Source: Chitinophaga pinensis | Lineage (GTDB): Bacteria; Bacteroidota; Bacteroidia; 2-12-FULL-35-15 | Direction of reading: 5' to 3' | NCBI GenBank assembly: GCA_945865315.1 | Contig: CAMBDK010000004.1 | Coordinates: 1-60,028, forward strand | DNA: 60,028 bases | Shown: positions 59,196 to 60,028 of the stretch, one piece after another | How positions within the stretch are numbered: position 1 is the stretch's first letter | How the letters are laid out: every line of letters starts with the position of its first letter | Notes under the pieces: generated by a model | Seen by the model: the letters and a program-made list of their open reading frames with translations, nothing else | Databases searched by the model: none | What the model was told of the DNA's origin: nothing | Translations under genes and position numbers: made by a program

Positions 59196-59750
59196 ATTTA
59201 AAATAGTGCTGCTGAATAGTTTTATTAATTTTTTTGTGCCGATATATATTCAATTTTAGCTTTTCCAGGCAGCGCATCCTTAACTGGAGCTTGTTTTCTA
59301 TAGCAATAGTTAAATTATATATCTACTGCCTTCAATTTCAACTGAATAGGAAGTATGCTGTTAATTTACTGGAAAAAGCACATTATTTAATTTTTTATCT
59401 TTTAAAGGCATTTTTTCTATACAATTAAGGTCCTTCAAATTAATTATAAAAGCTTTTGTAAAAAAGGCTGGAATAAATTAATAGCCATGGAAAATAATTT
59501 TGGCCCCATATTATATAAAATTTAGTTTTTCTATAGTGTTTTGTATTTTAAAATACTGCTTTCTCATTATTAATAGGGTAATTCCTTCTCCGAATTTCAA
59601 TTTTGATTAAATAAGTTCTAAATTTAGAAGGCACTTCTGCAGCTGAGAATATAAAAACAGCACTTTGTTTGGATGTGAAATTATTTATTTCATGAGTATT
59701 TGTTATACTAATTATAGTTTCAAAATACTCTAATCCCAAGCCCTAACGCA

Positions 59751-59810
59751 CTTTCTCGATTCTGCTGGAAATGACCATGTGGGAAGTAATTTCCAGCGAA
59801 GTGGAGAAAG
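59751..59810. repeat. REP-like palindrome
   Basis: CTTTCTC...GCTGGAAAT...ATTTCCAGC...GAGAAAG nested inverted repeats. Confidence 0.65.
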
Positions 59811-59867
59811 AGGGCGGCTTAATAAAAATGGACTAATATGACTAATATATATTTACAAATGGTATTA

Positions 59868-60028
59868 GTCAAGTTTTCGAAATAAATATGCAAATTAAAT
59901 GGTTCAAAAACTATGTGTTTTTGTTTTGTCTTGATACCCTTCGGTAGTTCGAAAAATCCTCACCACAGTCTTGCTGAGGACAGGCTCCAGAAAAAAAATT
60001 AATAACAAACGATTCCTACCACCTGCAA
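59868..60028 (+). mobile_element. MITE-like repeat, copy 6 (cut by the window end; carries a ~50-bp insertion)
   Basis: Left TIR and body match; extra sequence at about 59938-59988 inside the central hairpin. Confidence 0.8.

Noticed and set aside
59234-59739. Short ORFs after hppA (also 10883, 20036, 31680, 36292, 36716)
   Set aside because: AT-rich, low-complexity translations with no motifs or convincing starts.
17080-60028. 60-88 aa ORFs such as MCFSFVLIQKKQKIKNKRF (17125, 49076, 55399, 40434, 51639, 16953, 48976) as a small-protein family
   Set aside because: All lie within or run into the dispersed MITE, occur on both strands and in different frames, and have variable starts and stops. 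Best explained as repeat-derived spurious ORFs.
17080-60028. Repeats as a CRISPR array
   Set aside because: Copies are 237 bp and kilobases apart, with no repeat-spacer periodicity and no cas genes.

Overview
AT-rich Bacteroidota chromosomal window. Evidence for the phylum: type IX secretion components, TAnnTTTG -7 promoter boxes, and lipoproteins with Cys-Lys-Lys N-termini. Bases 1-10.9 kb look like an accessory block. It holds a T9SS type-B cargo / PorP-SprF / PorE-like trio, then two collinear paralogous secreted proteins with Pro-free collagen stalks of exactly equal length. The second extends into five 258-bp Ig-like repeats and a C-terminal FISUMP/CLec-like tip of the kind often diversified by DGRs. 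The block ends in a decayed HTH gene and nested miniature elements. Next come a DUF4856-imelysin-HTTM (gamma-carboxylase-like)-TonB receptor operon with a palindromic operator, M23 peptidase, zapB-like/zapA/rny, and a Wzx/Wzy/ligase glycan cluster. Housekeeping genes follow (DEAD helicase, polA, yidC, psd, lspA, iscS, fbaB, accD, pruA, rpsA, lptB, tatC), along with a membrane pyrophosphatase carrying a 16-Cys tail. A 237-bp TIR-bounded MITE-like repeat occurs six times in 43 kb. No rRNA, intact tRNA, CRISPR array, transposase or reverse transcriptase was found. All family calls come from motif recognition by eye, not database searches.
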